From contig CBDCJO010000002.1 in assembly GCA_965217865.1 (NCBI GenBank), positions 608,001-672,000 on the forward strand: a stretch of DNA of 64,000 bases. The letters are read 5' to 3'. The notes beneath the pieces are model-generated. The model did not search any database. It saw only the letters and a program-made list of their open reading frames with translations, and was not told the origin of the DNA. A program made the position numbers and the translations under genes. The stretch comes from Candidatus Latescibacterota bacterium. Its GTDB lineage: Bacteria; Latescibacterota; UBA2968; SICM01. This document shows, one piece after another, positions 30,550 to 42,208 of this stretch; positions within the stretch are counted from its first letter, which is position 1, and each line of letters starts with the position of its first letter.

Positions 30550-32466
30550 TTAAGAGAAGTAATCAAGAATGGCCTTCGCGATAACGGCTTCGGAGGTGGG
30601 ATCCATTACATCCACCACCGGCTTGCCAAGTTTTTCTTCTAGAGCGGATAGCCTCTCCTTCTTTTCTGCGGGAGACAACAAAACCTCACGGTCAAGCAAT
30701 CTTCTTTTGCCGTCAGATTTCACGACCCTTTCCCAGGGCGTCATGGCAAACAGTATCGTAGGTGCATTACAAATAATCCTCACTGCCTCGCTTACGTCTC
30801 GGATTGTGTCGACATCATCATTTCCATAGATCGTACAGATAATTGCGTCTGGCCTCACACCACATAGAAACTCAAGTGTACTCATTTCGTTGGTTCTGCT
30901 CGTTGTCGCTGAATGACGTAGAGGAATTGTCATTCCTTGCGTTCCGGTCAGAATGATTTCGGTCTCTTGAAATTGTTGCATCCCCTTGCATATGTTTGTT
31001 AAGAAATCACCCCACTGTTCTCGAGCCAGTGATACAGTACTCATGTAACCATAAGGAAACGAGAAAGTTGCGCCTAATAGGATACCGTACGGTTCCGTTG
31101 CCAGGTGTTGCACGGCGTACCCATGTTTTTCTAGTATTGATCTAATAATCACTTGAGTAGTAAACTTTCCCTGTTTATTTCCTGTGCCGACGACGGCCAG
31201 AACTGGGATTCTTACTTTCGGGAGAAATCGCAACGACGTCGTCAATTCGAAAGTATTCTCATCTATTCCTGGAAAATTCACATCCCCATGGTATGATTGC
31301 GTCTCTCTCGCATTATCAACATCGTTTAGTATTGTCTTGTCGAAAATTAGGAGATTCAGATTTCGGCGCAGTGCTTCCTTCAATAGTGACTCTCCGAACT
31401 TTATGTTACCTTCGAAAATATTACTCTTGAAATATCCAGTTAAAAGGGTATCCACAGCCTCGAGATTTACCTCTGACATGTTGCGCTTTGTTTGTACCAA
31501 TTCGCTATTCCCCTTGTCGCGCGCTCTATTGGTGGAAAAGGGATAGTCGATACATTCGGTAATTGGGCACTTACAATATTCGCGCAATGAAAAAATAGTT
31601 CTTGACTCCTTTTCGCTCAGGGGAAAAAGCCCTATTCGTCCTAGCTTTATGGTACGTAGGTAGTTGTAGAACAAGCGTTTGATTACAACACTCGTACGTT
31701 CAGGCCCAACATGCGGTAGCGTCGTCGTAACGGCCGAGCGCAGGTCATGCAGTGGTTTTGCCCTCTGATCGGCGCGCTCAACTAGACGTTCTGCGATTTC
31801 GTCTACGTTGCTCAAGTTGGAGTTGGTCATCAGCTGGGTGATAATCCCAGTCATGTGCGAACAAGCAAAACTTGATCCGGCCGAAACTCTATATTCGGAG
31901 TTTCTCCAGATTACTCTTTGAAGAGTACCTTTTGCTATGAACTGAATAGGAGAGCCGGGCAAATGTCCGTGGGACTTTTTGTTAGGGACGTACCCAGCGC
32001 AAACTCCAAAAACCTCTGGAAAATATGCCGGATATGATTCGACGTTTAGATCATTGTTGGCTGCTGCCACAATGATAACTTGCCTCGAACGCGCTTTTAG
32101 GCATATTTCCCTAATTGTATCACTGGGTTCCGATGTGGGCATCCCCAGGGATAAGTTGATCACTTTTACATCATTATCAAGGCACCACTCGATTGCGCTG
32201 CTCAATTGACTTTGTGTCGCCACCAGCTTTCTGTTGAATATCTTCACAACCTTAAAAATAACATGGGGTGCGTGCATCCAAATTATCCCTGCACATGCCG
32301 TCCCGTGCCCAATTTCATCGAAATGTTCAATGCAAGGGAGGACCTTACCATCGCTATCGATCTGCATCATTGGTTCACTGCACACTGCGCCTTTTAGTCT
32401 TTCATGTTTTAGATCGATCCCACTGTCCACGATTCCAACTATCATCAGGCCCAAATCCGGCTTCAA
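30550..32466 (-). CDS. S8 subtilase fused to a DUF1611-like P-loop domain
   Basis: IVDSGID, GHGTACAG, AAANN, GSSFAC triad; C-terminal AVVGTGNKQGKFTTQ, HLATEP, RPDAIIC. Confidence 0.85.
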   Translation of the reverse strand: MKPDLGLMIVGIVDSGIDLKHERLKGAVCSEPMMQIDSDGKVLPCIEHFDEIGHGTACAGIIWMHAPHVIFKVVKIFNRKLVATQSQLSSAIEWCLDNDVKVINLSLGMPTSEPSDTIREICLKARSRQVIIVAAANNDLNVESYPAYFPEVFGVCAGYVPNKKSHGHLPGSPIQFIAKGTLQRVIWRNSEYRVSAGSSFACSHMTGIITQLMTNSNLSNVDEIAERLVERADQRAKPLHDLRSAVTTTLPHVGPERTSVVIKRLFYNYLRTIKLGRIGLFPLSEKESRTIFSLREYCKCPITECIDYPFSTNRARDKGNSELVQTKRNMSEVNLEAVDTLLTGYFKSNIFEGNIKFGESLLKEALRRNLNLLIFDKTILNDVDNARETQSYHGDVNFPGIDENTFELTTSLRFLPKVRIPVLAVVGTGNKQGKFTTQVIIRSILEKHGYAVQHLATEPYGILLGATFSFPYGYMSTVSLAREQWGDFLTNICKGMQQFQETEIILTGTQGMTIPLRHSATTSRTNEMSTLEFLCGVRPDAIICTIYGNDDVDTIRDVSEAVRIICNAPTILFAMTPWERVVKSDGKRRLLDREVLLSPAEKKERLSALEEKLGKPVVDVMDPTSEAVIAKAILDYFS

Positions 32467-32512
32467 ATGACAAAGTTGTGTGCGTTAACCAACGAGTTGC
32501 TCTCTTGTTCGA

Positions 32513-33583
32513 TCAAGAATATTGAGGATCATGTTTCACCAGTTCCCCTCCTGTGTTGCCCGCAGAAAGATAATCCTCCCTGATCTGATCCCGAAGTCGA
32601 AACTTCCACTCTGGGCACAGTCCTGGTGGTTCTTCAATAGGGCAAGTTGTGTTACATACGGGGAAGAGTTTGCACTTGTTACATACCCGATTGGAAAACT
32701 TGTCCCACTCCACGAATTTATCTTTTTGCTCGTGGGATAATATGTATTCGTCGCTAAGATGGTGTGATCGGGTTGATGGATCATTTATATGCTCCCAACA
32801 TTGATGAATGTAGCCGTCAGGATTTATCGTTAGGCTATACGGAAGCGAAGCCGCACCACAGAGAAAAGACTTTGCCGGTTCTGGTAACCGCAACTCGGTG
32901 CTCGCGCGATTCTTTCTTCCGTGGTCCATCGCCCATCTGTTGTAACGGGCAACCAGGAGTCGTCTAAAGTCGCTTTTCACTTTAGCGAATTGTCGCTTGC
33001 TAAAAAACCCATCTGTCGAATACGAAACACACGAATTCGCGCGCGGGGGTCTTTTCCAAGCCAGGTTCACAATGACCTTGCCGGCTTGCTGAGGCCAGAT
33101 GCCTCTTTCCTCCAAGTCATCAAGGAGCATATCCAAGGAGTCAAAAACCCCCTTGTCGGTATTTATCCGAACAAGAAGGGTTATCCCTTTCGGTTTCAGG
33201 GCAATGTTGTCCATGATAAGATCGTAGTTTGTTTCATTTGAATTCTCACCGTACATAGGCAATATCGGACGTGACAGATTGTGGGCTTCTCGATGTCCGT
33301 CTAAGGTTACCTGTACATCATTAATTCGTTCGCGCTGAAGCAGGTCCCATGTACTCTTATCAAGATTGACCCCGTTGGTAATGATGTGCGCTCCATATTC
33401 CAGTGTGTGTGCATCAGCAAACGCGATCAGCCGTGGGGAAAGCTTCTCAATCACACTCGGCCGTAAGAGGGGTTCTCCCCCATACCAACATACTGACAGC
33501 TTGTATATCTCTTTTACGTACTTCTTCTCTCCAATGGCACGTTCTAGAAATTCAATCAGGTCATTTGCTGTCTGGTCTGACAT
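32513..33583 (-). pseudogene. Radical SAM/SPASM maturase lacking its N-terminal CxxxCxxC
   Basis: WYGGEPLL, ITNG, QVTLDG, VRIN, CGAA...INPDGYIHQCWE, CNKCKLFPVCNTTCP. No CX3CX2C; upstream sequence is a cupin fragment. Confidence 0.85.
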
Positions 33584-33887
33584 GAATTTTTAGCGGGCAT
33601 TTCATGACTTCGAAATTGAAGCCTTTCATGTCGTCTCGATAGAAAAAACGGCCTTTGATATCTGGTGGTCCATAAAGAAATTTCACTAACTGATCGTTAT
33701 CGAATCTTCTAAGGTATTCACATATTGATTTGTCTGAAGTAAGCGCCGCCTGGACTGCCAGCCAATGACTGACGAAACCTTTTAGCAATACTGGTTGGTT
33801 GGCCAGATTTTCGTTCTCGAAAATATTTCCGTCTACATTTTCCAGTTGCGGAATCTGTTGGGATACGTCTCTCATTGAGCCACTCAA
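33561..33887 (-). pseudogene. Cupin-8/JmjC-like N-terminal fragment
   Basis: QPVLLKGFVSHWLAVQAA...YLRRFD...PPDIKGRFFYRDDMKGFNF. Confidence 0.7.
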
Positions 33888-34049
33888 TTATATCAGCTTT
33901 TTCTGGCTTCGGGGTCTTATCGCAAGTTCAAGGCATTCCAAATGAAGTCTACACAACTCACTCTAGAATCTGTTCGATATATGATTACACGTAATTTCCG
34001 AGCCAATGTGCCGATTCCGAGTCGAGGACGGTGTGATTAAGAGCCACGC

Positions 34050-34966
34050 TTAGCGACGCCTGAGAACGCTGAACAATGCCTTTGGCTGATGCGACAACGT
34101 AGCCTCAAAACTCGTTTGAAGATTTTCAACTTCCTTATAGTATTCTCCGAATATCCGATAGATTGATTCCGCACTATGTCGAGTCGGTCCCCAACCAGAT
34201 GGCTCGAGCACACTGAATGTTTTCAAGAATAGAATCCCGCCGGACTTATGAATCGCAGCCAATATCTGAGCGAACTTCCGCTGGAGACTTACCTCCCGAA
34301 AACAGTGAAAACACCCACGGTCAAACGCATAGTCGAACTTGTGTTCGAAATCCTTCGCGCTCAGCTGAAGAATATTGGCAAGTTTGAACTGAACGTTCGG
34401 CACGGTCTCTTTAACTCTTTCTCTCGCCTGAAAAATGCAGTGTTCATTTGCATCAATGCCTTCAACGAAATATCCTAGGCACGCTAGTCGGGAGGCGATA
34501 TTGCCAAGTCCGCAACCAAATTCGACGAAACGACCCGGTTTCGGAGCCCATTTCGCCAAGGCTTCGCCCAACTCGTAGTCGATGTGTTCGGAATACCATG
34601 GAGAATCCTCCTGGTCAGCCGGCTCCCAATAAGCCCAAAGACCCTGCTCCGAATCAATAGGAACCCCGCCGGAGTATGGCAACACCCAACTAGGTCTTCG
34701 ATCTATTCCGTTCCCTTTTTTCCTTATTGCAGCTTCCGGCAGTACGGTACCGGCTAGCTGTGACTTCCTAAGGGCAATCTTTGGCCTTCGCCGCCTTATC
34801 TCTACTAAGTGGCCGTTTGGATCACTTATGCTCACTTTGAGCGTCCCGTTTTCACCGCTCCGCTTTGCCTTAATTCTCGACGACTCTAAATGCGCCAACA
34901 AACTGTCATATTCCGAATAGCGAAGTTCGAAACACAGCTTCGTTGTTTGCAGACCGTGAACCTGTA
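34050..34966 (-). CDS. VOC/glyoxalase remnant fused to a class I SAM methyltransferase; 5' end cut by the IS
   Basis: ISDPNGHLVEI (VOC motif), VEFGCGLG, FDYAFDRGCFH; frame stays open up to the IS CTAG. Confidence 0.7.
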
Positions 34967-34970
34967 CTAG

Positions 34971-36496
34971 CAGCCCGTTGAAGAACTACCTTTCAACGCA
35001 CATAAACGGAAAAGACGCCTGGAGTGCGGGTCAGATAAATCAAGGTAAGGAGATTGAGCAGGAGACGCTGATAAGAGGTTAAAAAGGTGACCGAGGGCAG
35101 CAAACGTGATTGTAGGACGAGCAGTAGACGCTGCAAGGCCTTGGCCAGGTCCTGGAGGGCCTTCGGAGTACCTACGCCCATCACTTTGCGCATGAGCAGA
35201 GCCAGGTTGCAGCCCCCGATGTGGATCAGCAAACGCTTGAGGATATTGCCGCGGTCTCTCAAGTGCAACCTGCGCATGCCACCGGTATCATATGTGTGAG
35301 CGATGGTTCTTTCCACCCGTTCTGCACGACTTCGGCGCAAGGCCTTGCCGCGATCTCCCTTGATCCGGCGTCGATTCGCATATACCGCGGCCTGCTCATC
35401 TCGTCGGCCGTTCCACTTGCGGCGTCCCCGATCCGGTTCTGAAATGTAACTCCGGATGCCGCCTTGCTTCAGACTGGTCAATACATCGTTGCTATGATAT
35501 CCTTTGTCCGCAACCACCTCCCGTATACGCTGTCTGTGCAAACGTTTGGCAGCTTTTTCGTCCTTCGCGACCTGCTTGAGATTGAGCTGCGCCTCGAGCA
35601 GCGTCCAGGGCAACGACTCGGTATCTCCTTCATCTGCTCCCGACAACGCCACTGCCACAATGGCATTGGTGTCCAGATCCACCGCGTGCTCCACCTTGTG
35701 CGCCATGTGCGTGCGACCGTCCTTCATCTTAGCGATCTTGGCATCCGGGTCGTGCGGGTGCTCCCAGTCCTGGTTCGATCCCTTCTTCGGTCGCTTCTTA
35801 TCGATCTTGGACAAGTCCTCGCGGGTAGGCGTTTCAATGCCCGAGGCCTTGGCCAGATTCTCAAGGAATGCCTGGTAGCCTTCACCCGTGTCACGGCGTA
35901 CAATGCTGCGCATCGCGGCGTTGGCCTCCAGTGTCGTAGCATCCACGCCCAACGTCTTCCCCTTCACCAGACCCGCTTTGCACAAGACCCTCAGGATCCA
36001 CTTGAAAACCGCTTCGTGAACTTCCAAGGGAAGCCGATGCCGGATGCGAGACAGGCTGGAATGATCCGGGGTCTGTTCGTCAAGGGCATACCCCAAAAAC
36101 CGGCGCAACGTCAGCGAGTCAGATACACGCCATTCGATCCCACGTTCCGAATCAAGTCCCTCGAAATACCCAATCAAAAGCATCCGAAAATAAACCCCGG
36201 GCGGAATGCCCTTGCGACCCATATGAGGAGCGTAATACCGCTGGCAAAGCCCCTCGACGAACTCGTCGAAGCCGTTCGCCCCCAATACCTGATTCAGCTT
36301 CTCGTAGAACGGATGACCCGGAGATTTCACCAAAGTGTTCGATGCGATGAACAGGTTTTCCTGTCTCTGTCGTCCTCGTTTTCCCATTGCCATTTGCTCG
36401 TCCTCCCTTCTCAGTTTGAACCTGATATATCATAGGACCAAACCACAAGGAAAGACAATAGTCATCTTGGCATAAACGCACTTTTTCAACAGGCTG
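34971..36496 (-). mobile_element. IS1182/IS5-like DDE insertion sequence, copy 1 (transposase 34993-36393)
   Basis: TIRs cagcccgttgaagaa / tttttcaacaggctg, flanked by CTAG on both sides; GVDATT, VADKGY, VERTIAH. Confidence 0.92.
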
Positions 36497-36648
36497 CTAG
36501 CCCCTTCCCTAAAGGAAGGGGAATATCGCCTTTAATTTAGAAAATAATTAAAAATATAATCTCCCCTCTCCTGGCTCTTCAGAGCCAAGTTCCCGGTCTG
36601 GAGACCGGTCCCACAACTTGTGGCCACGTAAGGCCATGGGGTCCCGGG

Positions 36649-39291
36649 CTATTTTCCCTCAAGACCTTCAAGCCATCCGAGGACGGGCTGTATGCATCGA
36701 AGGATGACGCTCGGCATCAAAGGTCGTCCCTGGACCGCGAAGTTCTCAGGGGTGGCGGGAATTCGGTTGCCGTCCGCGTCGTAGGCGGTAAGATCCTTCG
36801 CATCGATGAGGCCTTCCATGCCGAGGCCCGCCCAACCGAGTCCGTATTCCGGGCCGAGAATCCCCCGTTCGATGGCATCGATCATTCGACGGCACATCGC
36901 GAGGATCTCGGTGTCCTGGATCAGCTGGTAGGCCAGGGGGCAGACCATGACCAGCTGGGCTGTTGCGATCATGTTCGAAAGCGGTTCGAGGCCGTACTGG
37001 GTACTGGGGACGCCGGGAGCGCTGAATGAGCGTCCGTCCACGCTCTCGTCCTTAAAAAGATCCTGTTCCCGCATCAGGTTAAAACACCGGACAAAGGCCG
37101 TTCCCCACTTTTCATCCTGGTCGATATAGTAGAGCCGGGACAGCCCCTCGAGTGCAAGGGTGTTGAAAAATCCGTGAAAGGACTGGGTCGCGTCGTTGTC
37201 AGGACCGTCCCGCCTGGCCCGCTCCCTGACGGTCTTTCCGAAATTCATAAAGTGACCCTCCGGCATCTGATCGTCCAGGAGTTCCTGGCCGAGCTGCCTG
37301 GCACGCTCCAGCAGCCGAGGGTCCTCAAGCAGCTCGTAGTACGTGGCCATCTGCATGAGGTAGAGCGATATCGTCCGCAGGTCGACATCGGTGAACTTTC
37401 GATTTTTGTGGGTTTCGACGCAAACCTCGATGATGCCCCCCAGCGCCTCCAGGATTGAGGGATCGCCGGTCAGCAGGTAGAAATCGATCAGGCCTTCACA
37501 CCAGAAGTGATCCGTGGCGGAACCGTCGTCGCCCCGGAAGCAATGCCCCGCAGCGTGGGTATGGACTCCGTAAAAGGGATAGTGCTGGACATCGATGTCC
37601 AGGAAGTGGCGGGCCATGTTGACCGCATAGTCGAAAGAGGCCTTGTCCCGAGTGGATAGGAAATGCAGGAAGAGACCGTGGAGCGGCTCCTCTTCGTTGT
37701 TGTTCCAGTAGTCTATCCGCGAATGCTGTCGTCGCTTCCAGTGCTTTTCGTCGGCGTCCTTGGGGAAACCGGGGGAAAAGTGCATGTAGATCAGGTCCCC
37801 GGCATCCCACTTGCCGAGGATATTAAAGGCCGGCTCGTTGCTCCGAATCCATCCGGCGGCACGGTCCGCAGCGGTCGGGGAGGTATTCGAGTCGGCCCGG
37901 TCAGGCGGGAAGACGTCGCGGTAGCGGCTGCTGACCTGCAGGGACTCGTGATCGATTGTGGCCTGATTGATTTCCAGGGAACCGTCCCGGGCTCTTCGAT
38001 GGCATTGGGATTCGGAAAGATCATCGGCGAGGTCCAGCCAGAACGTTGCACCCTTCTGAATACCCTGGACCGTCTCGAGGCATTGACGATCTTTGTCGAA
38101 GAAGGCCCAGTAGGGACGGGCGATAAGGCTGTCATAGATGGTGTGCCGATGTCTCAGTTCGGGGCGCTCCACTGAGTCGGGATGCGGCGGGAGGACGTTC
38201 ATGGCCGCTATGCGTTCATTGGCGTCTTCGGGCCAAAGGCCCAGTTCGAGCCGGTCTTCCGACACCCGGATCTCGTTCGGATATTCCCTTTGGAAGTCCC
38301 GCATGAATACTGAGACGCGTGCGTCGTCGAAGCGGGCCTGCATCCAGCCAGGGGCCACGGAACCGCTGGCTGTTCCATAGCCGATGGTGGTGGCCTGCCC
38401 GGTCTGTTCCAGGCGATGCGCCAGATAGGTTACCTCGTCGGCCTGGAGGATTCGGCAGGCCGTTCCGGGGATCAACCGAACCGTTTGATATCCCCTCTCG
38501 AGACCATAGGTCACACGCCGGGTTTGTCCTTCGAACGGGAGGACAAAACGGATATCCTTGAGCCAGTGCGCGATTTTATCATCGGCGTGGCGCCAACCGA
38601 CCTCGAATCTCAGGAGGGTGGAGTCGCAGTAGCACTCGAGTTTCACGATGTATTCGAGTCCCGTGGCGTACGTGTCGTGGCCCGTTATCCCTTCGATGTA
38701 CACAAGGGCACGCACCGGACCGGTTTCGTGAACGTGAATCCTGCGCCGTCCTCGCTCAGCGACGCGCGGGGTCACATAGCCGAAGGTTTCAAGAACCCGC
38801 GACGAGGTGAAGAGGCGTCCATCGTCGGTCGTCGTGCGGATTCCCTGTTCGGGGCTCCCGCGGAGGATCCGCCGGGCTCCAGCGTTCGTTTTTGCAGATA
38901 TGGACTCGATCATGTAAGGATAGTATGGACCCAGATGCGACTGGTCTTCTTCCGTTGGGATGCGAATCAGAAGTTTGCCCGTGTCGATGAGGTGATGGTC
39001 ATCGACGATGCTGTGGGATACAGGGGTCATTGACGTCGGGAGTGCGGGCTCCAGCGTCATAGTCAGGGGGCCTTCCGCTGAACGGACGTCCAGCAAATAG
39101 ATCGCCCATTTCACGCTACCGTCGGACCAGGAGACAAGAGCGCGGCCCTGACTCAAGACGACGCGCCCGTTCCTGTCCCGGAAGACACACTGGTTCGGAG
39201 CGGTGAGATTCCCGCGTTCGAACGGAACGCTGACCCGGGCAGGTGTGAGTGCCGAAAGGTCTTCAGGCAGATCAATGCGGCAACTTTTCAT
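36649..39291 (-). CDS. Large carbohydrate-active-like protein (exo-rhamnogalacturonan-lyase / alpha-alpha toroid type)
   Basis: VSVPFERG, WSDGSVKW, ETGPVR, GKWDAGD, WNNNE, ARHFLDID, HFWCEGLIDFYLLTGD. Confidence 0.6.
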   Translation of the reverse strand: MKSCRIDLPEDLSALTPARVSVPFERGNLTAPNQCVFRDRNGRVVLSQGRALVSWSDGSVKWAIYLLDVRSAEGPLTMTLEPALPTSMTPVSHSIVDDHHLIDTGKLLIRIPTEEDQSHLGPYYPYMIESISAKTNAGARRILRGSPEQGIRTTTDDGRLFTSSRVLETFGYVTPRVAERGRRRIHVHETGPVRALVYIEGITGHDTYATGLEYIVKLECYCDSTLLRFEVGWRHADDKIAHWLKDIRFVLPFEGQTRRVTYGLERGYQTVRLIPGTACRILQADEVTYLAHRLEQTGQATTIGYGTASGSVAPGWMQARFDDARVSVFMRDFQREYPNEIRVSEDRLELGLWPEDANERIAAMNVLPPHPDSVERPELRHRHTIYDSLIARPYWAFFDKDRQCLETVQGIQKGATFWLDLADDLSESQCHRRARDGSLEINQATIDHESLQVSSRYRDVFPPDRADSNTSPTAADRAAGWIRSNEPAFNILGKWDAGDLIYMHFSPGFPKDADEKHWKRRQHSRIDYWNNNEEEPLHGLFLHFLSTRDKASFDYAVNMARHFLDIDVQHYPFYGVHTHAAGHCFRGDDGSATDHFWCEGLIDFYLLTGDPSILEALGGIIEVCVETHKNRKFTDVDLRTISLYLMQMATYYELLEDPRLLERARQLGQELLDDQMPEGHFMNFGKTVRERARRDGPDNDATQSFHGFFNTLALEGLSRLYYIDQDEKWGTAFVRCFNLMREQDLFKDESVDGRSFSAPGVPSTQYGLEPLSNMIATAQLVMVCPLAYQLIQDTEILAMCRRMIDAIERGILGPEYGLGWAGLGMEGLIDAKDLTAYDADGNRIPATPENFAVQGRPLMPSVILRCIQPVLGWLEGLEGK

Positions 39292-39645
39292 GTCGACCTC
39301 CTAGTGGAAATTCAAAGTGCAAAATGGAAAGTGCAAAAGGGGATTGGGGTCCGGGTGTTTCAGGCCCCTTCCTCCCGGTAGATATCCTGAACCATATCCA
39401 TGAACCAGGAAGGCCTCCTGATGATCACCGATATGAGGATCAGACAGAGAATCGGGATCGGGATCGCGGCGTCCCGGTCCCACAACTTGTGGCCACATAG
39501 GCAAGGGTGTTTCATTGCGGCTGGGTGAAGTGACGTCATGGAAATATGACAATTCAATCGCACTTCCCCTCTCCCGGCACCCGGGAGAGGGGTGCCGAGC
39601 TTGCGAGGCGGGGTGAGGGAGCACCACGATCAAAAAAGTGCAAAA

Positions 39646-40716
39646 CTAAACCGAGACCATCTTCAAACAGACTGGAGCAGGCACTTCCGCGATGTTGCCG
39701 GTCGGTGTTAGACTTCCGGACGCGTGGTCCATTCTGAATGTGACGATCGTGTTGGTTACCTGATTTGCGGCCAGGAGGATGGTCCCGGTCGGATCGATCG
39801 CGAAATTGCGCGGCTGCTTTCCCTGCGTGGGTTCGTGGCCGACAAGCCCGAGTCGCCCGGTTTCTGCGTCGATTTCAAAGATCGCGATGCTGTCGTGACC
39901 CCGGTTCGAGCCGTAGACAAATTTCCCGGAGGGGGAGACGTGGATATCGGCACACGTGCTCTGGCCTTCAAAATCCGCGGGCAGGGTGGACAGGGTCTCG
40001 ATCTCCTCGAGAGAACCGTTTTGCGGGTCGTAGTTAAAAGCCGTCATTGACGAGTCGATCTCGTTGATCACGAAAGCGAATTTTCCGTCCGGATGAAAGG
40101 CGAAATGGCGGGGTCCGGCACCGGGCCGGATGCTCGCCCAGGGGGGGTCGTTGGGTATCAATTTTCCGGCCTTCAGATCGAGCCGGTATATCATAACTTT
40201 ATCGATTCCCAGATCGGGCGAAAAGGCGTATCGGTTTGACGAGTCCAGGAAGACGGAGTGTGTATGCGGCGCTTTCTGGCGTCGGGGATGGACGCTGGTA
40301 CCAGTGTGCTGAACCACGTCAGTGGCTTCCCCCAAGCCGCCGTCCTCCCGTATCGGAAGGACGCAGAGGCTTCCCCCCCCGTAGTTGGCCACGAATACGA
40401 ACTTTCCGGTGGCGTCGACGCTCAGGTGGCAGGGGTGGGCTCCTTTCGAGGACTGCTGATTGATGAACGTCAGGTTTCCGGTACCGGGGTCGATTGAGAA
40501 TGCGCTTACGCCTCCTCCCGGTTCTCCGGCGACTTCCTCAACTTCGTTGACGGAATAGAGAAAACGCGCCTGCGGATGGATCGCCAAAAATCCTGGGTTA
40601 TTCGGTACGCTGACCGAACTTTCGAACTCCAGAGCCCCGGAAGAGGGATCGAATTGGTAGAGGTATATCCCTTCGCTGTCACCGTCCGTATAGGTTCCGA
40701 TGTAGAGGCGGATCAT
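39646..40716 (-). CDS. pgl: 6-phosphogluconolactonase-family beta-propeller lactonase
   Basis: YIGTYT, VANYGGG, HTHS, PDLGID, GAGPRH, SNRGHDS, PRNF. Confidence 0.9.
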   Translation of the reverse strand: MIRLYIGTYTDGDSEGIYLYQFDPSSGALEFESSVSVPNNPGFLAIHPQARFLYSVNEVEEVAGEPGGGVSAFSIDPGTGNLTFINQQSSKGAHPCHLSVDATGKFVFVANYGGGSLCVLPIREDGGLGEATDVVQHTGTSVHPRRQKAPHTHSVFLDSSNRYAFSPDLGIDKVMIYRLDLKAGKLIPNDPPWASIRPGAGPRHFAFHPDGKFAFVINEIDSSMTAFNYDPQNGSLEEIETLSTLPADFEGQSTCADIHVSPSGKFVYGSNRGHDSIAIFEIDAETGRLGLVGHEPTQGKQPRNFAIDPTGTILLAANQVTNTIVTFRMDHASGSLTPTGNIAEVPAPVCLKMVSV

Positions 40717-41031
40717 TAGTACCTCCTTGGAAAGACCGTGAAACGGCAGTAGCAGTAACAGTGGCAGCAGCAGGAAAGAATCGTGGATCGTGATTCGTGA
40801 TTCGGAAGAGCAAATGACGTGGACTAGCAAAGTTCTGGAAATCCCGAAACGGGAAGGGGTTTTCAGAATTCCATTCGGTCACGGTTTGGCGGTTTTCAAG
40901 GCGAATTGGATAAGTTTTAATGATAAACGGATTTGATTTGGGACAGCCGTTATCGGTTTCGGTTAACCGATTACGGCCCGCGAGGCCGCGGGACTGAGTC
41001 GAAGGTCACCGGTGCGCCCAAAAGCAAAGGT

Positions 41032-42205
41032 TCAGGTTTTTCGGAACAGTTTCACGGCTTTGTAGTCCATTCTGACGTCGAACCCGACCCGAAAGGCCTC
41101 GACATAGGGGCTCTGTGCCGCGTCCTGATCGTTGACGGTCTCTACGGTGATCGTGTGCAAAGCCTGAAATTCCCGTGTGAGCAGGTGGCGGAGGACGATC
41201 AGGTATTCCTGGATCCGGGGATCCTCGGGGGGTTCGTGGAATGTCAGGACCCTCCCGTATCGCTGGGATACGGCCACGATCTTCGTTCCCCTGTAGACCA
41301 GGTGGGTGCTCGGGATCCGGCTCGGGAGGATCCCTTTGAGGGCATCGATCTGAACACCGAGGAGCGATGCGGGATCCGTTGCATTCATCCAGTAGACGCT
41401 GTCTTCCGGGAGTTTGTCCCTTAGTTTTCGAAATGCCCTGGGGGAGATGAACTGCGGACCCGGGATGTCCCGGAAGAAAAAACCGGTGAGTACCTCTCCG
41501 GACAACTCCATGAGCCTGAGGGACCGGAAGACCTTGGACCACTGGAAGGCGGGTGCTTCTCTCCGGAGGAGTTCCCGAAAGAGGATCCCGTGGCGGTCGA
41601 GCAGGAGGCGCACCCGGTCCTTGTTCCGCTCCTCTTTTTCGATGAGGTCGTCGGTCTCGGGGGTTGTCTGCAGGAGGTGCCAGTTTCCGGTGAACGGCAT
41701 CGTGTTCTTCCATCGGGCGAATCCCGTGCGGCTTCTGAACCCGCCAGGTTTCCCGCGGTTCGTCGCCCCGAGGTCGGGCACCTGAAACCTGTTCAGAATC
41801 CCTTTTCGAAGCGCAGAGAAGGTGTCGTTGGTCACACGCCCGTGCCAGACGCCTTTCCAGAGGTTTTCCGCGAGTTGAGCGGAATTCAGGTTTGAGATTT
41901 TCATCAGGGTGGAAAAGTCGTATCGAGCGGAAGCGTCCGGGAAAAGGGCTTCCAGGTCGGAAGGGACGGGTTTTCGCGGTTCGGGCCCATCCGAATCCGA
42001 TTCGTTCCTGCGATCGACGGGTAGACGGTCGATCTCCTCGTCGAAAAGATCCAGGTCCGGCTCGAAGCAGAATGCCACTTTCTGAATCCCACGGCCGACC
42101 CACTTCAGGTTTCCCTCCTGGAACAGGTTGTCCAGCCAGGCCCGGTTGTAGTTTCTGAGCCTGGCCGGGAGGATCTCGGACTCCCACTGAGCGGCCGGGG
42201 CATCT
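41032..42205 (-). pseudogene. C-terminal fragment of an Lhr-like helicase
   Basis: QWESEILPARL, LWKGVWHGRVTNDTF, LLDRHGILFRE, MELSGEVLTGFF...GPQF, ATDPAS. No helicase motifs; abuts the upstream gene's stop. Confidence 0.75.
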
Positions 42206-42208
42206 ATA

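Noticed and set aside
33890-34049. RiPP precursor or SapC relic between the cupin and methyltransferase genes
   Set aside because: Only ORFs of about 20 codons, with no convincing leader/core or family motif.
35464-36435. 323-aa plus-strand ORF (also at 52327-53298)
   Set aside because: Antisense shadow of the transposase, repeated only because the IS is duplicated.
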